Of a DNA stretch of 64,000 bases, positions 12,751 through 26,212 are shown in pieces. The notes beneath the pieces are model-generated. The model searched no databases. It saw only the letters and a program-made list of their open reading frames with translations, and was not told where the DNA came from. Source of the stretch: Selaginella moellendorffii. Its lineage: Eukaryota > Plantae > Lycopodiophyta. The position numbers and the translations under genes were made by a program. Where the stretch lies: the NCBI RefSeq assembly GCF_000143415.4, contig NW_003314327.1:981403-1045402 (forward strand), in the 5' to 3' direction. How positions within the stretch are numbered: the first letter of the stretch is position 1; the number at the start of each line of letters is the position of its first letter.

Positions 12751-14255
12751 ATGGCTCCTCCAGTGGGAGGTGTGGTGCTGGACTGGCGTGCGTCTTTCAG
12801 GATCGTTCGAAAGGTTTTGTATTGGGTCATCTTCATGGCCCGTTTCCTGCAGCTGCCCAGCAGAGTGGCATTGGTAGCAACAGCTGCTGGTGACAGCGGC
12901 AGTGGCAGCGGCAGCAGCGGGAGCGGCGGCAGCAGCAGCACCCCCACCGCCGCCGCCACCACCCTGCAGGTCTCCTCCTGGTCGTGGATGCGACTCCTGT
13001 CGTTGCGCGTGCAAGAGGAGGATGGATCTTGGCGGAGGGCTGTAGCCCGTAGGAGGCGCAAGAGTTTGCAAGCCAGTACGGTTTGGCAGGATCGGTCGTT
13101 TGCCAACTCGAGGGGCCAGACCATCTTCACGCAGTCATGGACTCCCACTGACTGTAAGCGTATCAAGTTCGTCCTTGCTCTTGCCTTGCACCATCACCTT
13201 CTTTTCTTTGTGACTTACCGCTGGCTTTCAGGGGATTAGTCGTTCTACTCCACGGGCTGAACGAGCACAGGTACTCTAGCTGTTTGTTGTCTCCATGTTG
13301 ATCGGTGATATGTCTAGTGGACGTTACGAGCGCTTTGCCACTCAACTCAACGCACATGCCTACTCCGTGTACGGGATGGACTGGATTGGTAAGGATGTAC
13401 CTCCGTGACTTCGCTAACCTGCAGCCGTGCAGGGCATGGTGGCACTGACGGGCTTCACGGTTACGTCGAATCCCTGGACTATGCGGTTTTGGACGCGGTA
13501 TCTTTTTGTTTCTTCTCTTCCTTTTAGTGTTGTTTCTCATACGTTTACCAGGAGGAGCTCTTGTATAGAGTTTCTGCGGAGATGCCGGGCATTCCGGTCT
13601 TTCTTTTTGGCCACTCCACTGGCGGTGCCATCGCTCTAAAGGTTCGATCGTTAGTGGTAAGTTAATAGCAACCTCTTTCTTTGCAGGCAGCGCTGCGGCC
13701 GAGTGTGCGGGACTTGCTGGCTGGGGTAATACTAACATCTCCGGCACTTCGTGTACAATCGTTTCACCCGGTCGTAGAGGTAGGCAGCAAAAAGGAAGTC
13801 TTTTTGTGCAGCGTCTCACGCGTTTAGATTTACAGCTTGTCGCACCCTTTTTTTCCATGGTACTTCCCAGGTACCAGTTTCAGGCTGCAAACAGGCGGCG
13901 CTTGCCCGTCACTCGTGATCCCGTTGAACAGGTTGCTAAGTACACCGACCCCTTAGTGTACACTGGACCCATCCGGGTTCGAACGGGTACCGAGATTCTG
14001 AAAATCACCGCTTTCTTGCAAAAGAACTTGCAAAACGTGAGCACTCCCTTCTTGGTGCTGCATGGGACGGACGACAAGGTTACCGATCCAGCGGGATCGC
14101 AGAGGTTGTACGAGCATGCTCGCTCCAAGCGCAAGACGCTCAAGCTGTACGAGGGGCTGTTACACGACTTGTTGTTTGAAGTCGAGACAGACAGGGACGT
14201 GGTGACCAAGGACATCATCGACTGGTTGGAGAGCTTCAACGCTCTGCCCATGTAA
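12751..14255 (+). CDS. Alpha/beta-hydrolase, monoacylglycerol lipase / lysophospholipase family, multi-exon
   Basis: IFTQSWTP, LLHGLNEHSGRY, YGMDWIGHGGTDG, FGHSTGG nucleophile elbow, FLVLHGTDDKVTDP, LYEGLLHDLLFE. Confidence 0.9.
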
Positions 14256-14315
14256 AATAATATTGTTACACAATACAAATGGTTCACTTGTTTTATTGCT
14301 TCGCCTATGTGCCGG

Positions 14316-14636
14316 TTAGCAGCAGCAGCAGCAGAGGCGATGAAAGAGCGAGCGGATCTGTTCAATCTGCGGTGGAACGTTTGTGAGCGCTTCCGACACC
14401 TTCGCAAACCCTGCATAGAGGTAGGACGAGGAAGTGGAACCGCCGGCAGATTCTTCCTTGGACGGGATGCGAGGCCCAGCGGCGACACAATTTGGCGGGT
14501 AGAGTGCCCATTGCATGGCCCATATGGCAAGCGGCCTCATGTAGGTGAGCGCCCGGAAGTGGCCGTCGGTAGTCCAGGCCTCCGGAGTTTGGAACCAGTA
14601 GCTGGAAAGGCAGCAAGCAGCATGGTGAGAGGGGCG

Positions 14637-14671
<35 letters not shown>

Positions 14672-17600
14672 AAGGCGCTTTACCCGTAGCCGCTGTCTGA
14701 CCAGCCAGCATTGTAGATGCCCTCTGCGGTCGTGAAGGCCTGCTCCAACATCCCCTCGTGTATCATGGCCGCAGCAGCCGCGTACGTGACACCGCTCCAA
14801 ATCTCTCGCGACTGCATCGCGGTCTCGTCCACCCTTCCGTTTGGGTGCATCCCGTTTACAGCACCCAGCTTGCCACCTTTAACCTTCATCACGTTGTAGT
14901 CGTAGATCCTCTGCAGGGCACTCCGCGCCTTGTAGTCGTCAAACAAGGGGGGCAAGCCCGACGCCCAGGCGTACCACTGGCCAGCCATCTGGTCGGCCTG
15001 GATGGAGTTGCTGTTACTGCTGCTGCCGCTGTCGTAGTTGAAGTAGGAACCGTTCCACAGCTTCTTGTCGTATACTTTTCTGGCATCACGAAACTTTCTG
15101 AGGAAGTAGTTCGCCGCGTTGGGCTCGTTCACTTTCTCCGCCATGGCCGCTGCTGCTTGCAACGCCGCCAGCCAGAGGCCCCCACAGTAGGCGCTGATTC
15201 CATGCACGGTCCACGTATCGTACGTCTGGTCTGGGAAACCATCGTTCTCTATCATGCCGTCCCTGTCCCGGTCGAATCTGTCCATGTACGCCATTGCAGT
15301 GTACACGGCCGGCCATGTCACTCTCGCAAAGTTGAGGTCCTCCGTCGCCACTACGTCCCTGTATATCTGCAGCACGAACTTGGAGTTGAGGTCCTTCCAC
15401 CGGCTCGTGTCGTGGATGTTGTACGCGTTCACCTCAACCCAGGGGTCGTGTATCCCCAGGTCGTGAGGCACTGCCCCTAGCACCTTCTTGATACCCCACT
15501 TGCCCCCAGCCAGGAACTTGACGAGCTCAGGGTTGTGAGACAGTGTCGCGGCCGCATAATCTCGCTGGATGCTCAGCTCAAGCTTGGGAAACAAGCTAAT
15601 GAGAGCGAAGGACGCATAGAAGTGCACATCGTACGTGCACCACATGACGTACTCTACGCTCTCCAGGTAGAGGAACTGCCCAACGTTCTCCTCCCCGTCC
15701 TCGAGCAAGTACGTGCCATATGGGAAATCGCGGGGCGCCGAATTGATCTGCTTGTCTAATATAGCAGCCTCCATCGCTTTCACCAGCTTCTCCGCAATCT
15801 CCTCTTCCGTCTCCGACAGAATGGCATCGACGCCACCGTTCCCGCTAGTTCCTCCGTTCAGGGGGATCATCTCCACAAGCTCTTCCACAGCACCAGTGAT
15901 ACTGCTCTCGCTGTTTGTTCTAGACGTGAAACCGTTTGATCGAAATGACGGTGTGACAAACGCTGTGTCCGGGACTGCCAGCTCCGCGTTCCCTTGCAAC
16001 GGGGGATTGCCATCTGCAAAACTCACTCAGAGCCCGCCAACCAGCGCAGAGATGTGATACTCAACCTGTCCACACCGTCCCGCCAGCGACTAAATAGTAA
16101 AGCTCGTTGAAGAGCGTGAATTTATACCTGGACCCGCCATCATAATACGGTTAGCCACGCTTGAAACGGAGCAAAAACCATACCATTCGGGAAGATTAGC
16201 GTCCTTGAGCACAGGTTCCTGCCACTTTTCAATTTCGGCCTCCCACTTTGGATAGTCTGTTGAAATCAAAGTCAAGGCTCATCTACATGCGAGCAAGCCA
16301 GCGTACTCAAGAGTGCATCGTGGACAAGTCTTGGAGCAGCATCTCCATAAGAGCCATAAAATTGAGTGTAGCGCCTGCAAACATCACAAGACGGTTCACT
16401 ATCAAGCAGGTATAGCCGCCTACCCCTACCTGTGATATGATCTGCCCTTTGGGAACTTGACTTCTGGTATATCCCACGACAGAGCGAAGTCAACAACCTT
16501 CTTTCCATGCGGTGCAATGGTAACTGAAGCAGACACAGCAGCTCCAAGTGATGAATTTACGAGAGAAGGAAGAGAAGGCTCACAGACAGTATCCGTATCA
16601 AAACATCCTTTCTGAACACCAAATGAGGAAAAGATAAATCAACAATTTGCATTCACCTCTCTCATTTGGTTCCACATTTCCTTCGCCGTCATGGTGCTTC
16701 CTTTTCCCGAAACCAAGAAGCTCGGACAAACAGAAACAGCGACATCGGCGTTTTGCCGGGCCGCAATCGCAAACTCCACACTTGGCTGTCCTTTCGCGGT
16801 GCTGAAATCCAACATTATGATCTCGCGGAAATTTAGCAGAGCATCTTACCGATGGTGAAGGACAACACCTGCAACTCCATCGTCCTCGCTGAATAACATC
16901 ACTTGATCAGACCTGGTAACAAAAGAAACTGACACTCACAGAAAAGGCTTGTTAGAATGTCCACCGGATAGGTGAGTGTCTCCCCCAACGGAATTCTGAG
17001 ATGCGTCGTCTAAGTAAGTGTGACTGGGGAAAACTCCAAAGTGGACTTACCGCCCAGGTAAATAACAGACTAACACTCGCCGATTCCTTCCCCGTGTTTA
17101 CTATCTACGACGGGCGTTCAAATCAGAAGCGGACCTTGAGAGGACACAAACGTACCACGTAAGAGAAAACACAGACTGGCAAGCTGCTTTCTCGATAATC
17201 GTGAGGAATAAACGGTGAGACTTGGCGGCATGAGATCTTCAAATCCGGATCTGGCTCGCCTTCGGATCAACAAACCACAGAAAAGAGATGATTTGATCAG
17301 GACTAAGGTCTTACGTACCATCATAAATAGTCCACGCCCGCGGAAATAAGCCATGATAAGTTGAATTTTGGCCGTCAAGGTTCCAGTCCCACGCACAGAT
17401 TTCTGGACTTTGAGCCTTTTTCCTGTGTGCACCATGTGTTTCCCAGCAAGCGAAAGAGAGAACATTTACGCTTACCCGACATCAAGCTCCGAGGGGCGAG
17501 GCGAAAGAACAGATGCGATCTTTTTCTTTTCTCCATGGTCCTTGTCCCGAGTGACGAAAACCTGCCATGCTCGGTCAGTGTGGTGACGACAGTAATCAAA

Positions 17601-18257
17601 AGAAAAAAAGAAACAGGCAGCACCGACTGAGAATTGATTTGCTAATACTGCAGCTTCACTGGTGACAGAAGGCAACAGCTGCCACCGCCTGAATTCGCCA
17701 CGAAAACCCCTTCCAATGCTTCCACCACTGTTTGAGAGTAGAAAAAGGAAAAAGAAATAAAAAAGCGCTGCTTGCTGGGCCATACCCCATTCCACCAAGT
17801 GGCACGCCGTGGCAAGCGGATGGTTTGGTTCCTCGCTTGAACGGGTCGATCGGAGGTGTCTGTCACGTGTCACAAGACGTGAGAAGGAATGGTGATGAGC
17901 AAGGGGATGCTTACTCTTCCCTGAGAGCGCTCGGCTTGTATGAACTTCCACAACCTCAGCCCCAGCCCGAGCTGCCACAATGACAATGACAATGACGAGA
18001 TGGCCAAGACAAACAAGAGACTACCAGTTTGAGTGCCTCGGTGAACGTCACCCGGAACTCGGTCAGAAAATTTGCGTGACAGTTGAGCTTACGCCTCCAT
18101 GCGTGTGCGGGAGGAGCCCCTGGATCGTTCTCCAGCTGAAACAAGAGGAACAAAGGCCGCTAAAGCAAACAAACGAGGGGATGGATCGTACCAGCTGGAG
18201 TGTGGACTTGGGGACATAGTCGTAGAGCGGCCAGGAATGCCTTCGGCCGTGAAACAT
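14316..18257 (-). CDS. GBA2: Non-lysosomal glucosylceramidase (GBA2-like, GH116), multi-exon
   Basis: [10 protein letters not shown] start, [97 protein letters not shown]. Confidence 0.95.
14640..14669. repeat. (AG)n microsatellite inside the last GBA2 intron
   Basis: Direct dinucleotide run. Confidence 0.9.
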
Positions 18258-18343
18258 GCTGCGCTTCCTCCTGCTGCGCCTCCGCCTCTGCTAGCATCAG
18301 CAGCATTACCTAGCCGGGGATTCGCTTGACCTAAATAAAGAGG

Positions 18344-21300
18344 ATGGAGGAGGAGGCGTGTGATGCCTGGTTCCAAGCGCGGGGACTGGTGGCGCACCAG
18401 CTCGACTCGTTCAATCGCTTCTGCGGCGCAGGTGCGCATTCGCTGGCCCTCCTCTTTGGCTCCCCCGCCCACTTCACCGACATCAAGGGCGAGGTGAGGA
18501 TGGCAGCCATGCCGCCATGCCGCGACCCCGTGCCCGCGCTCACCACCATCCGTATCCGCAACCTAGTCCTCCACAAGCCCGCAGATGCCACCACAGGCCG
18601 CCCCCTCTTCCCACGCGAGGCGCGCCTCAGGGGCATCACGTACTCGGCGCGCCTCTGCGCGGACGTTGAGCTCCAGGTGGGTATGGTATGGTGACAAGAG
18701 TGGCACGCACAGTCACACACGCTACCTTCCTAGGTTGACGCGGTCGCAGGAGAGCAGCGCAACCCCGTCGTCAACCGCGTCTTCCCAGCCGTGCACATTG
18801 GCGACATACCCATCATGGTCAACTCCCTGCTCTGCAACGGTCACGACGCCGATGCCTTCGACTGTGGAGGCTACTTCATCGTCAAGGGTGTCGACAAGGT
18901 GAGTCGTATAGCTCCCTGCCACCAACACTAAAACTCTCTGTGAGAGAGCAACCAGGTAGTGCTTGCTCAGGAGCTGGTGTGGCCACAGGCGCTGCGCGTC
19001 CTGTGCCCCAAGACCGGCTCGGATAACTGGAGAGTGGAGCTGGAGCAAGTCAAGGTGGAGCTGGAGCGCGGCGATGGCGTCTTGTTACTGTCCGCGCCAG
19101 GGCTGGACACCATTCCGCTGGTGATCGTATTGGCGGCCCTCGGAGTGTCGACGGACAGGCAGCTACTGGAGGTGATGGTCCATGACACTCAAGACGTGGA
19201 GCTGACGGAGCTGGTGCGGCCGTCCATCGTGCATGCTAGGGAGCAGATGCAAGAGTTTGTTAACAGCAGCGGTGTCCACGGCGGCGGCAGGGACGTTACA
19301 AGCGTGGCTGTGGAGCTTGTGGGGAGCAGGATCAAGTCGGTCACACCCTTGGCAGGCCCTGCACAAGAGAAGCTTGGCAGCTTGCTGTGCAACACGAGCA
19401 GCAGCAGGCCGGCAGACAAGGCTCTGCTGATGGGCTACATGGTGCGTTGCCTGTGCCTGTGCGTGGTGGGGAGGAGCACGGCGGACGATATCCACAGCTT
19501 GAAGAACAAGAGGGTGGACTTGGCCGGGGACTGCATGTTCAAGCAGATGAGACACTTGAGCGCTCGCTTCAGAAAGACGACGCTCAAGAGGGTGCTCAAG
19601 CATGTGGAGGCTGGGGGACTAGATTGCCTCACGGACAATCTCATCGTGGACAAGTCTGTCATCACCAATGGGCTGCGTGCGGCCTTTTCCACGGGGATCT
19701 GGTCCCTCAACAGGTATTCCTCTTGCACAAGTGGGGTTGTCGCCACCCTGCAGCGGGACAATCCCATGCACACCCTCTCTCAGTTGCGGCAGCTACGCTC
19801 CGCATCGCGCTTTGTTGCCAACGCTGCTAGACTTCCGTACGTTGATTGTCTATCTCCTCCGTTAGCTCCGCTCACTGTGGCGCCCCGTGCAGGAACGCGT
19901 CCCACTATGGCAGGATATGTCCCGTGGAAACTCCTGACGACCACCTCGCTAAGACCATGGCAGTCTTCGCCACCGTGTCTGCTCCCAGGAGCCACGACAA
20001 TGTCTTGGAGCAGCTCTCCCACTGCCAAATGCAAAGCTCCCAGGGGCCGTTGGTGGGGTGGGACAATGTGTTTGTGAATGGGCAATGGGTGGGAGCGACG
20101 GACAAGCCAGGCACGCTGCTGCAGGCAATGCGGAACCTACGGCGCAACAAGTTAATCCATCCAGAGGTTGGCGTGCTTGTTTCCCCTGCTTGTCTCTTGT
20201 TTCCTGACCAAGCTTGCAGACCGAGCTGGCTCGGGCTCCCAGCCGGGCGGAGATACGGATTTTCACCGATGGTGGCCGCTTGCTGAGACCCCTCCTGGTG
20301 GTTGACAAGCAACGGGTGCTTTTGTCGACACGGGAGCACAGGCGCGAGCTGCGGGCCAGGCCTGCGCACGAGAGATTCGACTACATGCTCGACACCGGCT
20401 TGGTGGAGCTCTTGGGAGCTCAAGAGGAGAGCAATGCCGTGATCGCGGTGACACGCAGGGAGGCCGAGAGTAGCAGCAGTTTCACTCACGTGGAGATGCA
20501 TCCGGCGTCCCTCCTGGGGGTGAGCGCAAGCGCCATACCTTTCCTCAACCACAACCAGAGCGCCAGGGTCACACACCAAGCGCAGAAGCACGGGAAGCAG
20601 GCCATTGGATTCTACACGTGCGACATCTTGTCCAGAATGGATACCAACGTGAGGCAGCTCTACTACCCGCAGCAGCCCCTGGTGTGCACACGCCTGGCGC
20701 AGCTCCTGGCCAGGCCCGAGCTCGCAAACGGAGTCAACTGCGTTGTAGCGGTTGCCTGCTATGGTGGATACAACCAGGAGGACTCGCTCATCCTCAACCA
20801 GTCGTCGCTCGACAGGGGCCTGTTCCGCTCCACTCACTTCCGTGTCCACAGGGCCACCCTCGACTATAGCTCCTCGGACATACGCTTTTGTAGGCCGGAG
20901 ACGGAAGTTGCGCGGAGCAACAGTGATGGCATTGACAAGCTGGACAGTGATGGCCTGCCTTTCATTGGTGCCGAGATGAAGGCGGCAGACGTGGTTATAG
21001 GGAAGGCGGGGCGGAGGCAAGCTTCCAAGCTTGTAGACCACAGCAGCAAGCTCCGGAAGCTGGAGCAGGGGTGGGTGGACCAGGTGGTGTGCAGTGGCGG
21101 CGACGAGGAAGGGGAGAGGCACGTCAGAGTTAGGCTTCGAGAGGCCCGATGTCCGCAAGTCGGGGACAAATTCAGCAGCATGCACGGGCAGAAGGGTGTG
21201 GTCGGTATGAAGCTGAGGCAGGAGGAGCTCCTCTTCACCCAGCAGGGGATCGTGCCGGACGTGGTGATCAACCCGCATGCATTCCCCAGCCGACAGACAC

Positions 21301-21896
21301 TTGCTCAGATGCTCGAGAGCGTGGTGGGGAAGGCGGTCGCGGCTTCTTGTGCTCGAGTGCAGGCCACTCCCTTCGCTCACCCACGCGCAGAGGAGATTGC
21401 GCAGCACTTGGCCACGTGCGGTTACAACAAGTGGGGTCAAGAGCGTGTCTATAGCGGGCGCACTGGCAGGATGATGGAGGCCATGGCCACGGTTGGCCTC
21501 ACTTTCTACCAGCGTCTGCATCACTTGTCCGAGGACAAGATGAAGTGGAGGGGTGCCAGTGGACCCGTACACCCGCTTACTCACCAGCCAGTCAAGGACA
21601 GGAAGCGGGAGGGGGGAACCAAGTTTGGCGAGATGGAGAGGGACTGCCTCATCTCCCATGGTGCCTCTGCCACTGTCAAGGAGAGGCTCTTCTTTGTTAG
21701 TGACAGGTCCCTAGTCCCAGTCTGCACAAACTGCCATAGGCTTGCTATCCTCAACTGCAAGCAGCACCCTCGCTGCCTCTTTTGCAACCCGCAGCAACGC
21801 ATTGCCACACTAGACATGCCACATGCGTGTAAGCTCTTGAGCATGGAGCTCAGATCCATGGGCGTGGACATGAGATTCCGAGTATCACAACACTGA
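18344..21896 (+). CDS. NRPD2: RNA polymerase IV/V second-largest subunit (NRPD2/NRPE2-like), ~1109 aa; exons 18344-18676, 18734-18898, 18956-19836, 19893-20166, 20220-21896
   Basis: HQLDSFN, LFPREARLRGITYS, GGYFIVKG, GYNQEDS metal-B site, GDKFSSMHGQKG (M as in Pol IV/V; Pol II has R), GPVHPLTHQPVKDRK..KFGEMERDCLISHGA, C-terminal Zn ribbon; exon phases add up in frame. Confidence 0.88.
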
Positions 21897-22559
21897 CAAA
21901 AGTCATGGAAGAGTATCTTTTCCTGTCTTGGTCCGATGTAGCGGCCAATAACGAGCCAGGCGGGACACGTGGATGATGACATGGACAGAGATCGGCAGGG
22001 AGATCCGACGTGGCGGGGAGGAGATCGGTTTGTTACAGGGGATCGGGCGGCGCATCAGGAGGGACTTCTTGGGATGCAGCAGGGCGGCGATAAAAGGGAG
22101 ATCATCTCAGGAGCAAACCCAAGGGGCCGGCGAGCAGGGGCGATCAAGATTCGAGCAAGGTGAGGGCTTTGAGCTCGTGTGAACTCTAGTAAGCCTTGCC
22201 TGGGCTTACGCCCATTTTGGAACCACTACACTGATCAGTTATGTCAATTTGGATATTTAATTTGCCACCATTTGGTATGATTGATGACTGAACTGTCCAA
22301 ACCTAGGGCAAAACTGGAATATTACTCCCTAATTTGACAAAATTAGAGACAAAATGCAATAAGGATTTTCAATTCAATTTTAAGAGATTTGGCTAGGAAT
22401 AGGAGATATAAAGAGGAGGACAACTTAATCCAAGTTTCACTCAACAAACTTTTGTGACTAATTCCAGGCTTTGGACAACAGTTGGAGACTCTTGCATGAT
22501 CAAGCTAGTCTTTTCTTCATGCTCGCTAGGAGATTCATATTGTGGATACCATGGCATTA

Positions 22560-23089
22560 TAGGACCTAGGAGCTTTCATGGCATCAATCACTTTGCAAAA
22601 TGTTGTTAGAGCTAAAGCACTTTTGGACTCAAGGTCTAGGAGCAATATTTGTCATTAGCAAAGTTTGTTTGACTCCAGATCTAAGACAACACAGTTGTCA
22701 TCCTCAAAACAGTTGTGAACCACACCATGATTTCAATTGATAGGATCTTATCATTGGTGGATTTTGTGGTAGTAGATTTTCAACAAGTTGACTCAACCTC
22801 CCTCAAGGACTTTATGATTTTGGGATGCTCTTAACACCTCCAAGTAGATGCTGAAACATATTGGAAAAAGGGGATGATGCAAATCAGTCACAAGATCACC
22901 AAAGCAAAGCTATACAATGCTTATACCTCTGTTTGATGAAGAAGGCTCCTACCCCTTCTCCAACACAAGTCCCTATTCCTACTCCAACTCCAAAGTGCTC
23001 AACTTTCCCAACCAACTTATCTTTCATGAACTTCTCAACAACCTTTCCTTACAAGAGATGGAGGTTTTCAACATTAACATTATCCATCG
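22560..23089 (+). pseudogene. Degenerate gypsy protease relic related to element D
   Basis: KALLDSRSRSNI and VDFVVVDFQQVDSTSLKDFMILG resemble D's DALVDSGSGSNI and DFVVVDYKCLGMSSLKDSIILG. Confidence 0.55.
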
Positions 23090-23401
23090 TGTGAGACACA
23101 AAACCCAGAGCCCCAAAAGTAGAGCCAAAAAGGTGCCATGTGGTAATGGCCGAAGTAGAAGCTAAACAAGAGTAACACGTTTGGACTAAAAACTTCGACT
23201 TGAAAAATTGAGAATGGGAGTGGAACTCTCAACGAAGTGCTCAAGGAACAAGCACGAAGCAAACAATAAGTGAATCTCTAGAAAAGGGACACAAAAGGAT
23301 CAACACATAACACATGGAAGTGTTGAGATGGACCTGAGATGGAGTCCAAGATGAACCCGAGATAGAGTTTGAAATGGACACGAGATGGAGTCGAAGATGG
23401 A
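23090..23401 (+). mobile_element. 5' fragment of an old family-A LTR, interrupted by copy A1
   Basis: Begins TGTGAGACACAAAA and parallels 23402 onward. Confidence 0.75.
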
Positions 23402-26212
23402 TGTGAGACACAAAATCCCTAGGCCCCAAAGTGGAGCCGGAAGGGTGCCATGTGGTGGTGGCCGAAGCGAAAACCAAACGAGCGTAACATGTTTGGACTA
23501 AAAAGCTCCGACTTGAAAAGGTCGAGAGTGGGAGTGGAACTCCTAATGAGGTGCTCGAGGAACGAGCATGAAGCGAGCAATAAGCAAGGCTCCAAAAAGG
23601 GACCCAAAAAGGACCAACACATGACACATGAAAGTGTCCGAGATGGACCCGAGTTGGGGTCCGAAGTGGAGTCCGAGGTGACCCGAGATGGAGTCCGAGA
23701 TGGACCCGAGATGGAGTCCGAGATGGCCCTGAGATGGAGTCCGAGATGGAACCGAGACCGAGACCGAGACTGAGATCGAGTCCGAGTCCGAAACCGGGAC
23801 CGAGACCGAGTCCGAGTCCGAGTCCGAGTCCGAATACTAATACAGGCAATTGGGTGAAAGCCCAAAACGATCGTCCCCCAGGGGGGGGGGGGGGGGGGGG
23901 GCTGCAGGGGGTTCCAAAAGTATAGTAGGGAGAGTGTGGGGGTTGGAGCCCAGTGGAGCCAGTTTGGCCAAGAAGGGCCAGTTTGTCCAGGAAGGGCCAA
24001 TTTGGCCCAGGAAGGCCATACCCAGTGTTGGGTGATGAACTGGCCACTGGGAAGTCCAAAACTAGAGTGAATATAGATCGACAAGTGGGGTAGCTTGGTG
24101 AACTGTTCAAAAGTCGGCTCTAGTTCCCCCAGAAGATCGAATGGTCGATGCTCTCAGTCCAAGTGTGGGTGGCACTACCTACTTGGATACCTGGTGTGGC
24201 TCAACAGAACCTCGCTCTAAGCCCATGGCTAAAGCACCCAAAGGCGGAAGGCAGGGAGAGTACCCATGAGGCCCGCGTAGGACCACGGTGTTTTGAAATG
24301 TTGTCCCAAAGGCCCAGACTGTGGAAAGGAAGAGGAGTAGTCCTCTGGTGTAGTGACCAAGGATACAGTTGAGTGGTGAGGAAGTCCCAGAGGACCAGGG
24401 GGCTTAGTGGTCAGGCCTATGGGCCTCGATCCAGTGGCAATGTTGGCAAACATGGCCATGGGCAGAAAGGGATTTAGTGAAGACCGGAAAAGGGATATTG
24501 AGGAAGGTTATTCCCTATGTCTGTGGGCATCCTAAGGATGCTAAGGAGTGGATCTAGAATGACCACTCATGAACGGATGACCCCGTCCTTGAGAGATGGG
24601 ACTGTGATGCAGGTGGTGTTAGACCACCGGTGTGACCAAGGTAAAGGGGCATGGCTTTAGCGTAACGGGCTGATATATCGGTGGTACCTTGGGGTGTCGG
24701 TCATGGGATCGGACACGTGGAGCACTTGGATCAAGTGCAAAGGCTGAGTGGCGGGGATGCCATTCTCGGGGCTAGCAAGCCCAAGTCTAAAATAGGACTT
24801 ATGGAGGTTGTGAGTGAGACTCCTCCAAGTGGTTGGAGGTGTGGTTAAGTGACTAAAGTAGAATGGAAAATTTAGTTATTTACAACTTGGTATCAGAGCT
24901 GTTCCTTAGTCTGACTTTTATTGGGGGCCAAGTATATCACCGCTTGTATTGGAATCGGAAGGTCCTAGATATGGACCTATCCTCGAGGAGTAGCATGTCG
25001 AAAGGACATGGCTCTCCACTCAAGTTCATGCATGAACTTGTGCACGATATGGTGGATGCAAAAGGGCCAGTAAGGGAACGACTTTGGGATCTTGAGAACA
25101 GTATAAGGGTTTTCTCAGAGAGCTGAGGATGTGATCCAGATGAGCGTTTGACGTAGCAAACGAGCTAATGTAGTTGTGGTAAACAACTATAGTTGGGATC
25201 ACGGGAAAGATGCAGACTCCAAAACAATAAAGGAGTCACAAGACTACCCTTATATGGTTGAGGCTGGTACTCATAAATTTGAGACCGGAATTGTTGACCG
25301 TGGGAGGTCAAATACAGAAGAGGACACCAATCCTTGAAATGGTAGCCGGGTCTACCTCTAATAAATGCTGGAACAATCCAAGGAGTTGGGGGTGTACTTA
25401 AAGATGAGTTGCTATTCTCATCACATGGACAAGTAGTCATAAGGGGCAAAAGTTAGCCCCAAGAAAATCATCAAGTGTCAAAGTAACACTTGCAAAGATT
25501 GTCTTTGTGAGTAGGACATGAATACAAGAAGTTGTATTCCAGTGAGTTGGGACCTCTAAGACTGAGACCTTGCAGGTTGTTGGATTAGCAAAGTCCAAAA
25601 TGCTGGATGACTCAAGCAGAGTCAGGGAATGGTCCTAAGGGATTGGTTGGAGCATTTGGACTGAGGTGTATGGTGCCCCATGAGGTATGGGGAGGATCAT
25701 AAAATCCAAGTATGAGAACAGTAGGTATCTCATTGATGGCAGAATGTGCTATACTAAAGTTGTGGGAAAGATGTTCCCAAAAGAAAGCAACTTTGGCCCA
25801 GAGTTGGGTGCAAACACTATAGTGCGGTGCTAACGGATAGTTAGCATGAGGAACAATTATATTGGTCTTGGCAAAGACCTAGACACTAATAAGTAGTGTT
25901 ATAAGGGTAGGCTTGTGGGGCCGATGGTGTGAAGACACTAAATGTGCCAAGATGTAATACCTTGAGGTTATGATGGTGGGTTCATAAGAACCCCTTGCCA
26001 AGGGAATCCCAATGGAAGCGGGAATGGCATGGCCTAAGCTGGAAGGCATGCGGTTGGAGTGTGGTGACCCAGATAATGATGGAGGTGTGGAAGCACCAAG
26101 CAATGAGTTATAGAACTTGACAACTATGGGGCAACTAAGGAAGAGGTGTAAGATAATTGATTAAATGGGTAAAAGGTAGCTACCCTAATGGCATAAGGAA
26201 GTTAGATATACC
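23402..26212 (+). mobile_element. Family-A copy A1: 5' LTR 23402-24884, iMet PBS, start of non-coding internal region
   Basis: TG..CA LTR; TGGTATCAGAGC PBS at 24888-24899; internal region colinear with 55591 onward. Confidence 0.85.

Noticed and set aside
3481-18257. Metabolic gene cluster (4CL + esterase + glycosidase)
   Set aside because: The lipase looks like a generic MAGL and the genes are interspersed with unrelated housekeeping genes; no evidence of a shared pathway
19905-21659. 584-aa antisense ORF (and the 358-aa one at 3454-4530)
   Set aside because: Shadow frames of GC3-rich NRPD2 and 4CL exons
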